A stretch of DNA of 64,000 nucleotides, from contig DATJXE010000004.1 in the NCBI GenBank assembly GCA_035500505.1, positions 50,230 to 114,229 of the forward strand. Direction: 5' to 3'. The position numbers were made by a program, and so were the translations under genes. Under the pieces are notes generated by a model. That model saw only the letters and a program-made list of their open reading frames with translations, was not told where the DNA came from and did not search any database. Positions within the stretch are counted from its first letter, which is position 1, and each line of letters starts with the position of its first letter. Of this stretch, positions 28,201 through 36,536 are shown in pieces. This stretch comes from Minisyncoccota bacterium. GTDB taxonomy: Bacteria; Patescibacteriota; Minisyncoccia; Phycocordibacterales; UBA2100.

Positions 28201-31102
28201 CGATGTTGTCGGTCACCGTCGGAAGGTCATAGCTAACGTTGGCACCAGCTGCGGAAGTCGCCGGGGCTGAGACGTCGGCGTGAGCAGCAATGACCGGCGC
28301 TGAGTCGTAAACGCCGACATCAAAGTGTGCGGAAGAAGAGTTGCCCACCGCATCGGTAGCGGTGCAATTGACGGTCGTCGTCCCGAGGGCGAAGGGTGAG
28401 CCCGATGCGGGAGTGCAGACTGGAATTACTGTGCCATCGACATTATCCATTGCTGTGACAGTGAAGTTGACCGGCGTAGTCGGCAGTGCTGTTGCGACCA
28501 CGGAAACGGACGTGGGCGCGGTAATAACCGGCGGCGTCAAGTCTGGGAACACACACGGAGCGTGATTCAAGACTTGTGAGACAGTGAGCACGCAGGCCCC
28601 ATTTTGTGCGAGGTAATTCACCGTGTCTTGCAGTGTTGCCGGAGTTTCCGCGTAAACGTCGTTATCGTTTGCGGGGTTCGCCTCTATTTGGTGGAAGACC
28701 AAAATAAGCCACAGTTTGTTCACGAGTGCGGTGTGTATCCAGGCCTCTATGGTTGACGTAGGTGTCGAAGAATCGAGATCCTCGACGACGAGACGATACG
28801 GGTCGGTATTTTTCGTGTTGAAGCCTTCGTCTATGGTGCGCGCAGCCGAGAAACCGCCAGCCGCAACCTGTGCTGTGCTCGTACTATTGAAGGAGCCAAA
28901 GGGATACGCAAGATTGTCATCGGGTGAAATTCCCATTGCCTGCATTTCAATCTTTGAGTTCGTTATTTCCGCTTGTGAGGTCGTGGCCGCAGAAAGCGCG
29001 TGATCGGGGCAACCAACTCCGGGGTTCCCCTGAGGGCCTGTTACGAGTGCGGAATTAGGATCGGCCTGGAGTGCGACCAGGTCGCAGTGGTCGGCGGTGT
29101 GGGACGCTATATCGTGACCGGCCGCTTGCATCTCAAGCACTTGGGCCGGTGACATGTAGATGTAGGAAGAATCCGGAGCGACGTACGACGTGTAGTTCAA
29201 CGTGTCGTTCGGAATAATGTAGAACGTCCCGTGCATTGCACCTCCGGGAGCGTTCTTGAGAGTGGAAGAGGCGTTGTACTGGTCGAGATAGCCGTCGTCG
29301 AAAGTGAGTGAGACCATACCGTTGTCGTACTGACCACTTGTCACACCTTCGCTCAAGGAAGCGTCGTCCACCGTCAGGGAACCGCCGACGGTGTCAAGAA
29401 GTTGGAACACGCTCGCCTGCACTGCACCGGGCGGCGGCGAGATGACTGCGGAAAAGGTCGAAAAGCTCCCCGGAGAAGGTTTTACTGAAGAGGAGACGAC
29501 TTCGTAGCAGTCGACATGGCTCGGATCCCCTTGGATGGCCGAACATTCACTTGAGATCGAATTCGCCGAGTTGACGATGTACTCAACGTCAACCTCAGTG
29601 TCGACGTTGGACATATACTTGTCGCTGAACGTGTAGATCTGACCCGACGTGACCGTCACAGGACTCGGGCTCCACTGTATTTGTCCTGTGCCGCCGGTCA
29701 TGTGTACTTCGGCCGCCTTCGTGCCGGAGTAGTACGAAGCAGCGGGGTAAGTTCCCCCACCGACTACACTTGAATCTTTGTAGAAGTTCCAGTTGTCCGG
29801 GCCACCAACACTGCCGTTGAACGGCGTGGTACTGGTCTCGAAGCATGGGTTCGCGAAGAGGTCATTGCCCGCATTGAGCGCACAGGGAACGCCAGGCAAG
29901 TTGTACGTGACGGTGTTGTCCGTCGCTGTAGAAGCAAGGTTGGCATTGTTGGATGCATCGTGTGCCATCCCCGCCGCGATGCTCGGGATGACCGTACCAC
30001 TCGAAGTCATACCCGAAACCGCGACACTGTACGTCGTGCCAGTGCCGGTGACGACGGCGGTCGTCGCGCCAGCGGTGCCGGAAAGCGTCACGTCGCCTGT
30101 CGCGAAGTCAGTTACTGGTGCACTAAAGACAACAGTGAAATCGATCGGTGAGTCTCCCGTCGGGTCTGATTGTCCCGCTGACTGATTGATGGTGACCGTC
30201 AGTGCAGGAGGATTGACTACCACTGCGTTGTTAAGGGTGAACGTATTGCTCGGAAGTTCTCCTGATTCGTTGGTGCAGTTCTGGCCGCTGTATGCGACAA
30301 GGTAGAGACTGTAGGTTCCGGTCGATGCTGGAGTCGTAATGTTGAAGTTCCCAGTCAGGCCCGTTTGTGCCCCGATCGTCGAACTAGGATTGTTCGTGCA
30401 GGAGGCCGTACCGACGCCATTAGTCGAGAGGAGCCAACTTGTAGACTGCCAGTCGTTGTCATTACCGCTCGAACCGATCGTATTGCCGGTGACGGTCGCA
30501 GCAATCGTCGCGCTCGGCGTAGTAGTGGTACTCGTCCCACCACCGACTGTTGCGGCCGTAATCGAACGAGTCGGATTTTGAACCAAAACCGATGGACTGA
30601 TTGCAATGTTTGAAGGGGACCCACCGCTGCCGTCATGTGTGGCTGTAGTGAACGTAGCAGTTCCCGTCGTACTTTGAACGGTCACCGACTGACCGACGCC
30701 GTACGTAACAGTAATATGATCGTTCTGGCCACAAGTTTGGGCGATGGTGATTTGTTGACCGCTGAAAGTTGGCGTTCCGGGGCTGCAAGTGTTAGTACCG
30801 CTTCCGGACCCTACCGCAACGGATACGTTAGAAGAATTCGGTGCAGTCCATCCCGAGGGAATAGTTATTCGTACATACGAACCATTTGAGAACTGCGATG
30901 AACTGTTCTGAGAAAAGTCGATGGTGAATGTCTGGTGGTTCGCTCCTGCAGCAACAGGTGAAGGTGTAATGGAGGCAGCGCCATTCCCCGATGCCGCCGC
31001 CAACGCGGTCGCAGGCACACTGATAAACAAGAGCGAGAGCGCTCCGGAAACGGCGAACGTGGCGATGCGGCTTTTTACCGCACCGATAGTAGTGGTACTC
31101 AT
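25262..31102 (-). CDS. giant secreted surface protein: CE4 polysaccharide deacetylase domain, many Ig-like (DUF5011/HYR-like) repeats, Gly-rich linker, C-terminal type-I dockerin
   Basis: 1,947 aa from MSTTTIGAV (signal peptide). The NodB motifs TFDDGY...HTADH are present. There are more than 10 repeats of ~85 aa containing DNVDS/DNYDG. The C-terminus carries DLNKDGKVDLLDFNLL...DFNSDGTVDLIDFNSF (two dockerin Ca-binding repeats). Its stop abuts the cohesin gene start. Confidence 0.7.
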   Translation of the reverse strand: MSTTTIGAVKSRIATFAVSGALSLLFISVPATALAAASGNGAASITPSPVAAGANHQTFTIDFSQNSSSQFSNGSYVRITIPSGWTAPNSSNVSVAVGSGSGTNTCSPGTPTFSGQQITIAQTCGQNDHITVTYGVGQSVTVQSTTGTATFTTATHDGSGGSPSNIAISPSVLVQNPTRSITAATVGGGTSTTTTPSATIAATVTGNTIGSSGNDNDWQSTSWLLSTNGVGTASCTNNPSSTIGAQTGLTGNFNITTPASTGTYSLYLVAYSGQNCTNESGELPSNTFTLNNAVVVNPPALTVTINQSAGQSDPTGDSPIDFTVVFSAPVTDFATGDVTLSGTAGATTAVVTGTGTTYSVAVSGMTSSGTVIPSIAAGMAHDASNNANLASTATDNTVTYNLPGVPCALNAGNDLFANPCFETSTTPFNGSVGGPDNWNFYKDSSVVGGGTYPAASYYSGTKAAEVHMTGGTGQIQWSPSPVTVTSGQIYTFSDKYMSNVDTEVDVEYIVNSANSISSECSAIQGDPSHVDCYEVVSSSVKPSPGSFSTFSAVISPPPGAVQASVFQLLDTVGGSLTVDDASLSEGVTSGQYDNGMVSLTFDDGYLDQYNASSTLKNAPGGAMHGTFYIIPNDTLNYTSYVAPDSSYIYMSPAQVLEMQAAGHDIASHTADHCDLVALQADPNSALVTGPQGNPGVGCPDHALSAATTSQAEITNSKIEMQAMGISPDDNLAYPFGSFNSTSTAQVAAGGFSAARTIDEGFNTKNTDPYRLVVEDLDSSTPTSTIEAWIHTALVNKLWLILVFHQIEANPANDNDVYAETPATLQDTVNYLAQNGACVLTVSQVLNHAPCVFPDLTPPVITAPTSVSVVATALPTTPVNFTVTAMDNVDGTVIPVCTPASGSPFALGTTTVNCTATDAVGNSSSAHFDVGVYDSAPVIAAHADVSAPATSAAGANVSYDLPTVTDNIDTLVANCTPTSGSPFSIGDTVVTCNAGPDSSANNATPTTFTVTVQDTAPVITLSGDNPLTLEVHTPFVEPGYSSIDAVDGDLTSSVVIGGDTVDSEHLGTYVVTYTSEDSALNSTSTSRTVHVVDTTKPVITLLGDANVTLEVGSTYTDAGATASDNYDGDLTASIVTNNPVNTAVIGDYTVTYDVSDSSSNAALQVTRTVHVVDTQEPSITLIGDNPYVIEAGATYTDPGTTVTDNYDTGLVATNDSATSVNTGAVGDYTVTYNAQDLSGNATTTTRTVTVQDTVAPSVTIDPVNGPTNANPTITFSATDATPLTLTCAVDDQTPGPCTSGTTFAPTLSTGSHTVTVSATDQGNNTTSVTSNSFDVDADAPVITASVQPSDVLNAATVGGAQVVYDVTGASDVECDFDGGTPAACPSSPIDVSGFSEGSHSFDISATDDVGNNSTQSLSFSIDKTDPSVAMSSTVSSPTNASPIPVSVVFSEDVTGFDSSDVVVANGTLGDFTAVDGSHYTFTITPDNDGPLDVTADIAAGAATDAADNENTAAAQFSVTYDHNAPSLTVAPTTPNTPTISGTTDADATINVHVNGTDYPATVAGDGSWSVTIPDALPEGDLPVVVTATDPLTNTATVNTTLLIDTTAPVITVTGANPTDININTPYVDLGATASDNVDTSVAVNADTSAVDVGTLGSYTVTYTATDAAGNVATPVTRTVNVKDLEAPVITLNGDATMHIPTGSTFVDPGTTATDNVDSSVVVVVGGDTVPDPAVAGTYTITYDATDAAGNIATQATRTVIVSDLALSAEQGVSPTDDSVTITWTTSHPASSRVVWGTSSVSDASSTEAKAGGDDNYGYPNTTVETDDSPMVTSHSVTISGLSSGTTYYFRPISHGSPETAGAEVSVITESAPAPSSGGGSPGGGGGGGSISTYSQYDLNKDGKVDLLDFNLLMTNFGKTGFSVPGDFNSDGTVDLIDFNSFMVHWTS

Positions 31103-31643
31103 ATCCCTGGGGGACGTGTTATGGCTAATGATTAATAACCAAAGCGAAAACACGCAGTTCCCAGGCCGCGAGGTGACCAAAAGCTGGGCGCATCCTACTA
31201 CAGGCCCGTATGCCGTAACAAGTTGACACTAAGTCAAACGCCTGCTACGTTGCAGGCGTTGCGAGTTCCTTTCTAAGGAACTTTTTTCTTTTATATAAGC
31301 CGCGTAAGGGCGCGAGAAGGGCCCGAACACTCCAGCCTTCGGCTGGTTCCCAGAGTTTTGGGCCCTTCCCACTCCCCTACATTCAACTCGGAAAAGCCAT
31401 GCCCGCCCTTTTCAGAGCGGCGCGCACGTGTCCTTATTATACAAGTCGCAACCCGCGGATATCTCCTTTATCCACAGGTCGTAATCCCCTGAAAAAACCT
31501 TGAAGTTCTGATGAGGGGGCATACAATCAATGCAACTACGAGCGTGCGCGCACGTAGAACATAATGGGAACCAGCCAAGCCATCTATGGCTACGGCTTTT
31601 TCTTTATTACATTCCCGACTCGGCAACGCATAACTTCTTGCGT

Positions 31644-34163
31644 ATGCCGATTTTTTTAGACACATCGAAACGGCGCAAGCTGTTCATCCGCGTCTTCGCC
31701 GTCACGTTCGCGTCCATCACTTTCTTGGGTCTTGTGTTCCTCGCAGTCAGCGTCTTTTTCGAAAGCCCGCAGCGCCCCGCGCTCACCTACGCCGAAGCCG
31801 CGGATTCGTATCACTACTACTACAGCTCCGCCAACGATCACAAGATCGCGATCACTTTCAACGACGGCCCGCAGCCGGGTATTTCGCAATCCCTGATGGC
31901 GACGCTTGAGAAAGACAACGCGCCGGCGACCTTCTTCTATATCGGCGAGAATGTTTTCATGCACCCCAACATCGTCCACGAGGCGGCGACGGAAGGATTC
32001 ACTATCGGCAATCAGTCCTTCACCGGCTCCGACAACGTCGAGTCTTCGGCCACACGGCTCTCGCTCGAACTGCACGCGACCGAATTCCTGATATCGCGCA
32101 TCACCGGCGCGTCGTCGTTCTTTTATCGGCCGCCATACCTCCTTGGCGTGGGCACCGACCCGACCATGAATCCCTACCTTCCGCCCTCACAGGACATTTT
32201 GTGGGCCATGGAGAACGGTTACAACCCCGTCGGCGCCGACATCGACCCCAACGATTGGAAGGCCGACACAAAAGAGGACGTTGAGTCGGGCGTCATCGCC
32301 GCACTCAAGAGTTCCCCCAACGGGCACATCCTGCTTCTGCACGAGCGGCCCCAGACCGCGGAAGCGATGGATGCGATAGTCCAGACCATCCGTAAGAGCG
32401 GCTACACCATCGTGCCGCTTTCCGAACTTCTCACGCCGCCCGCGCAGCTCGCGCTCACACAACCGCTCCAGCAGGGCGATACCGACGCGACGACCGAGGG
32501 CCAGGTGTCGCAATTGCAGTGGTTCCTCTACAAAGACGGCGACCTCGACCCGTACCTCATCACCGGCACGTTCGGCTCCCTCACTCGCACGGCGCTCATA
32601 CGCTTCCAATTGAAGAGCAACATCCTCAACGGCGGTTCCGCATCGGCTGGCGCAGGCATCGCCGACGCCGCGACGCGAAAAGCCATCGAGAGCCGCTCGG
32701 TCGCCGTCTTGCAGCACAACGCGCTCTTCAATGCGCCCGTTCTTCATCCCTTCGCGTTCACGTGGATAGGACAACTCTTCGCCTTCGCCTACATCAACCT
32801 CTTCCCCGCCCTGCACGACGGCCTCTCTGCCATCATGTGGCTCGCCCTCTTCATCGTGCTCATACGCTGCGCCGCCCTCTTGGGACTTCTCGCGTGGGCG
32901 AAACGACAGGAGCGGCTGGCCAAGATCGGCGACCCGGAAGACATGGGAGAAGGGATCTCGGTGCTCATTCCCGCGTACAACGAAGAAGAGAACATCCGCG
33001 CGACGATAGAAAGCGTGTTGCACTCCAACTACCAGCCCAAAGAGGTCATCGTCATCGACGACGGCTCGACCGACGGGACCGGCGGCGTCGTGCGCGAAGC
33101 CATGGCGGCGCATCCGGACGAACCCATCAGGCTTCTGCAAGTCGAGAACGGCGGAAAAGCGAGCGCGCTCAACCACGGACTCGAAGCGGCGCAGTTCAAC
33201 ATCTGCGCGGTGCTCGATGCCGACGCGGTCATCGAGGAAGGGACCCTTTCGTATTTCGCGCGACACTTCAAGGACGCCGAGGTGGGCGCTGTCGCGGGCA
33301 AGGTGTGTACGACCGCGAGCGCGCGCGTCCTCGACATGTTGCAGACGCTCGAATATGCGATAGGCCAGAACATCAACAAGCGCGCGCTTTCGACCATTGG
33401 CGCGATAGGCGTCGTGCCGGGACCTTCCGGCGCGTGGAACAAGCGATTCGTGCTCGAAGCCGGCGGTTTCAGCACCGACACCCTGGTCGAGGACCAGGAC
33501 ATGACGCTCACGCTCCTACGCGCCGGCAGGAAGGTCGTCTACGAAGAGAAAGCCGTCGCCTACACGGAAACGCCGCACACCGTGAAGAACTTTCTCAAAC
33601 AGCGATTCCGCTGGGTCTACGGCACGCTGCAATGCTTCTGGAAACACAAGCGCGTCGTCATCGAGCACCCGCTTTCGAGCATGAGCCTCATCGTGCTGCC
33701 CAACATCATCGTGTTCAACACCCTGCTGCCGCTCACCTATCCTTTCTCCGATCTTTCGCTCGTCATCGGCCTCCTCGTGAGCGACTGGCACGGTCTCGTC
33801 CTGCCGTTCCTGCTCTTCACCGCGTTCGACGTTTCGTACGCGGCGGTCGGGGTTTGGCGCGAGAAAGACCGCGTGCGGATGCTCGCCTATGTCCCCTTGC
33901 AGCGTTTCGTGTACCGCCAGCTGCTCTATTACACGGTCATGCGGGGCCTCATCCGCGCGCTCGAAGGCACGGGCTCGGGCTGGAACAAGTTCTCGAAGAT
34001 CGGCGAGACGCAGCGTTTCTACTTCTCCGCCCTCGGCGAGAGCCCCGAGCCCGTGTTGGATTTTCTCCCGTCATTTTCGCCCCTCCCGGACTTGTCGACG
34101 TCGTCGTCTCCGAGCACGTCGGGGATGCTCTCGCTTTCGGAAAGCAGCGACTTACAAACGTAG
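31644..34163 (+). CDS. fusion protein: CE4 (NodB-like) deacetylase, peptidoglycan-binding domain, processive family-2 glycosyltransferase (NodC/PgaC-like)
   Basis: An N-terminal TM helix is followed by ITFNDGP (NodB motif) and a PG_binding_1-like segment (LQWFLYKDGDLDPYLITGTFGSLTRTAL). The GT2 domain has LIPAYNEE, DDGSTDGT, DAD and the QRFRW processive-synthase motif. Multiple C-terminal TM helices follow. Confidence 0.75.
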   Translation: MPIFLDTSKRRKLFIRVFAVTFASITFLGLVFLAVSVFFESPQRPALTYAEAADSYHYYYSSANDHKIAITFNDGPQPGISQSLMATLEKDNAPATFFYIGENVFMHPNIVHEAATEGFTIGNQSFTGSDNVESSATRLSLELHATEFLISRITGASSFFYRPPYLLGVGTDPTMNPYLPPSQDILWAMENGYNPVGADIDPNDWKADTKEDVESGVIAALKSSPNGHILLLHERPQTAEAMDAIVQTIRKSGYTIVPLSELLTPPAQLALTQPLQQGDTDATTEGQVSQLQWFLYKDGDLDPYLITGTFGSLTRTALIRFQLKSNILNGGSASAGAGIADAATRKAIESRSVAVLQHNALFNAPVLHPFAFTWIGQLFAFAYINLFPALHDGLSAIMWLALFIVLIRCAALLGLLAWAKRQERLAKIGDPEDMGEGISVLIPAYNEEENIRATIESVLHSNYQPKEVIVIDDGSTDGTGGVVREAMAAHPDEPIRLLQVENGGKASALNHGLEAAQFNICAVLDADAVIEEGTLSYFARHFKDAEVGAVAGKVCTTASARVLDMLQTLEYAIGQNINKRALSTIGAIGVVPGPSGAWNKRFVLEAGGFSTDTLVEDQDMTLTLLRAGRKVVYEEKAVAYTETPHTVKNFLKQRFRWVYGTLQCFWKHKRVVIEHPLSSMSLIVLPNIIVFNTLLPLTYPFSDLSLVIGLLVSDWHGLVLPFLLFTAFDVSYAAVGVWREKDRVRMLAYVPLQRFVYRQLLYYTVMRGLIRALEGTGSGWNKFSKIGETQRFYFSALGESPEPVLDFLPSFSPLPDLSTSSSPSTSGMLSLSESSDLQT

Positions 34164-34165
34164 CG

Positions 34166-34279
34166 GAAGTCCCCGGGACGGCATGGTTTTGCCGTGTCTC
34201 GGAGTGCGTCGGCACGAGAGGCAGGGAATTTTCAGCAGAAAATTACCCGACGGCAAAACCATGCCGCCCCGGGGACTTC
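34166..34279 (+). repeat. conserved ~110-nt long-hairpin element, copy 2
   Basis: GAAGTCCCCGGGACGGCATGGTTTTGCCGT pairs with ACGGCAAAACCATGCCGCCCCGGGGACTTC (one A/C mismatch). The core is identical to copy 1 from CGAGAGGCAGGG through ACGGCAAA. It fills the gap between the GT2 gene stop and the 3D-domain gene stop. Confidence 0.7.
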
Positions 34280-34299
34280 GCAATAAGGAACGAGAGAGA

Positions 34300-35064
34300 C
34301 TAATGCGTGGGCGTATTGCCGTACTGCGCAGTGCAGCTTGTGCCGTTGAAGAGCGAGCCGGGAACGACCGCGTAGGTCGGACTCGGGTTCTCGATGATGG
34401 TGTAGTTGCCGGTTATGGTGTCCTCGCATGCGAGCACCCCTTTGCCGGAATAGTCGCCCGCGTACATGTCCACCCAGACCTGCACGCCCTTCGGCGTTTG
34501 GTGGCATTCGGCGCAGGTGTCGGCCACGATGAAGTAGCGCCGCACGTTGGGGATGTAGAACTTCGTCCCGGCTGGAATGTCCGGCTTTTCGCCGACGTAG
34601 CCGACGGCGAGCGTGATGGGAGCCTGGTAGGTGCCGGTGCCGCCGGCGCTTCCTTCGATGCCGCTGATGTAAGTGATGATACTTCCCGCAGGATCGTTAT
34701 CGCCCGCAGCGTAGGAGGTCGTGTATGCGGTGAGATAAATTTCGCCCGAAGACGTTGCGGGCGGCGTGCTCGTTGGCGACGTGCTCGGCGGAGGATTTTG
34801 CGGAGGCGGCGGAGGCGGGGGCGTCGGTTTCGTTGTGGTCGCCGTAGACGTGGAGGTCGTCGAACCCGACGTGCCGCCCGACGAATGCTTGGGAGGCTGC
34901 TTCGTATTATTGGAAGTATTCGAACCGGAATGCTGGCTCGAGATGATAACACTCGGCGTCTGTTGTACCGGAGTCGGTGAAGGCTGGGACCAGCCGAAGT
35001 GTCCGCCAAAGAAGAGCGCGCCGACAGAGAGCACTGCGGCCGCCATGAACGACAAGAAATGCAT
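34300..35064 (-). CDS. secreted 3D-domain (MltA/YabE-like) cell-wall protein with Pro/Thr-rich linker
   Basis: A signal/TM segment is followed by a PT-rich linker (TKPTPPPPPPPQNPPPSTSPTSTPP). The C-terminus has GTKFYIPNVRRYFIVADTCAECHQ...VQVWVDMYAGD, which resembles a 3D domain. An alternative start lies at 35130. Confidence 0.5.
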   Translation of the reverse strand: MHFLSFMAAAVLSVGALFFGGHFGWSQPSPTPVQQTPSVIISSQHSGSNTSNNTKQPPKHSSGGTSGSTTSTSTATTTKPTPPPPPPPQNPPPSTSPTSTPPATSSGEIYLTAYTTSYAAGDNDPAGSIITYISGIEGSAGGTGTYQAPITLAVGYVGEKPDIPAGTKFYIPNVRRYFIVADTCAECHQTPKGVQVWVDMYAGDYSGKGVLACEDTITGNYTIIENPSPTYAVVPGSLFNGTSCTAQYGNTPTH

Positions 35065-35215
35065 ATGTATGTTTAATAAGATGTATAACCCTACGCAAGA
35101 ACGGGTGACCCTCGCGTGAAGGTATCTCATGCACCCACGCTCTTTAGCAATCGTATCAGACACTGGCGTCCTGATACAAATCGGGCTATAAAGCCCCTGT
35201 CAGCATCATGAACGT

Positions 35216-36490
35216 ATGACGCACCCGGATAAGTTTTGGAAATTTTTCTGGGCAGCCGTGGGCGCAGCGTTCCTCCTCTACGTCATCGCGATCGGGGTTC
35301 TTACGTATCTATATAACCCCATACGCACTGCGGGTGCGGCAGCGGTCGGCATTGAGTACAACGCATCGAAGGATCCGTTCGCTTCCACGACTAAGACGCA
35401 AAGCGACCGTCCTTCTTTCACGGGCGACTATTTCTACCAGGAGTCGCTGCCGCTCGCCTTCGCCGACTGGTCGTGGGGTGCCAACGTGGATTGGAACTCG
35501 ACCGAACAGGCGTATGAAGGCTCGCACTCATTCAAGGTGCAGTTCTTGCAACAGTGGTCGGGAGTGCGGGTGGACGCAAGCGACATAGACGTCTCCGCGT
35601 ACCAGGGGCTTTCCCTTGCGGTCTACCCCGATCAGAACGTCGGCAATCTCTACATTTCGCTGTACGACACGTTCGGCAACACGCTTGGCCGCCAATCCAT
35701 CGGCTGGTACACGGCGAGCAGCACACTCACCGCTGGAGCGTGGAATGTTGCGACCATTCCGCTCCAAAATCTCGTGCCCGACGGGCAAGCGATACGCCCC
35801 ATCACGGGATTTTCCATCAGCTCCGACAACCCCGGCACCATTTACGTGGACGACGTGAAGTTGGAGACGACGGCAGCCGCGCACGATCGCTGGGTCGAAC
35901 CGCCGCCGCCCACTCCGGTAGCTGCGGCGCCCGTCGTGCCCATTGCGCTTCCCTACACGCTCGCGCTCACGCCGGATTCCGTCGGTGACTGGTACAAAGA
36001 GTTCGGCCGATTCGACCTCACCCAAAACGGCGTGTCCGCAGGTCCTGTCCCAAACACGACCAACGGTTCGATGGCCTACCTATCCGGCGGCAAGGACTGG
36101 AAAGATTATCGCGTCGACGCGACGCTCTACTGGGGTCCGGTCGACACGTTCTCGCTTCTCGTGCGTTTCGCGGACGACGCCGATTTCATTTCCTGCGCCT
36201 TCTCGCGCTACGGACAGTTCGTGCAAATGTACGAAGTTCAGAACGGCAAGTCTACGCTCCTGGGCACGTCGCCCAATCTGCCGATACGCGCCTATGAGCC
36301 GTGGAAGGATGCGAAGCACGGCGCTTCCGTCCAAGGCAACGTCGCCAATTGTTACCAGGACGGCAATAAGGTACTCTCGGAAACCATTCCGGATATCTCG
36401 CCGACGGGAACAGCAGGCATCGAAACATGGAGCACCAACTCACTTGCCCCGCCGCACACGCTGGAAGCGCTGACGGTCACGCCGCTATAA
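35216..36490 (+). CDS. membrane-anchored hypothetical protein with two predicted extracytoplasmic beta-sandwich (CBM/lectin-like) domains
   Basis: 424 aa with an N-terminal TM helix. The rest is rich in W/Y/G/T as in carbohydrate-binding modules. It has a PPPPTP linker and no catalytic motif. Confidence 0.5.
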   Translation: MTHPDKFWKFFWAAVGAAFLLYVIAIGVLTYLYNPIRTAGAAAVGIEYNASKDPFASTTKTQSDRPSFTGDYFYQESLPLAFADWSWGANVDWNSTEQAYEGSHSFKVQFLQQWSGVRVDASDIDVSAYQGLSLAVYPDQNVGNLYISLYDTFGNTLGRQSIGWYTASSTLTAGAWNVATIPLQNLVPDGQAIRPITGFSISSDNPGTIYVDDVKLETTAAAHDRWVEPPPPTPVAAAPVVPIALPYTLALTPDSVGDWYKEFGRFDLTQNGVSAGPVPNTTNGSMAYLSGGKDWKDYRVDATLYWGPVDTFSLLVRFADDADFISCAFSRYGQFVQMYEVQNGKSTLLGTSPNLPIRAYEPWKDAKHGASVQGNVANCYQDGNKVLSETIPDISPTGTAGIETWSTNSLAPPHTLEALTVTPL

Positions 36491-36525
36491 CACAAAACAC
36501 CCCGCCTACGCGGGGTGTTTTGCCA
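36491..36525. terminator. bidirectional intrinsic terminator between convergent genes
   Basis: AAAACACCCCGC-CTAC-GCGGGGTGTTTTG is a GC-rich 9-bp stem with A-run/T-run flanks. It sits between the 36490 and 36537 gene ends. Confidence 0.55.
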
Positions 36526-36536
36526 AAACGGAACGA

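Noticed and set aside
31508-31515. CUGAUGAG hammerhead-like motif upstream of the GT2 gene
   Set aside because: No appropriately placed GAAA box or stem I/II/III arrangement could be built around it. It is probably coincidental.
31290-31643. Possible c-di-GMP riboswitch in the long leader of the exopolysaccharide synthase gene
   Set aside because: I could not find the GEMM-I tetraloop/receptor (GNRA...) or the GEMM-II pseudoknot consensus by eye. It is left only as an unclassified structured leader.
33889-34980. 363-aa plus-strand ORF rich in Arg
   Set aside because: It overlaps the end of the GT2 gene in another frame and the 3D-domain gene antisense. It is spurious.
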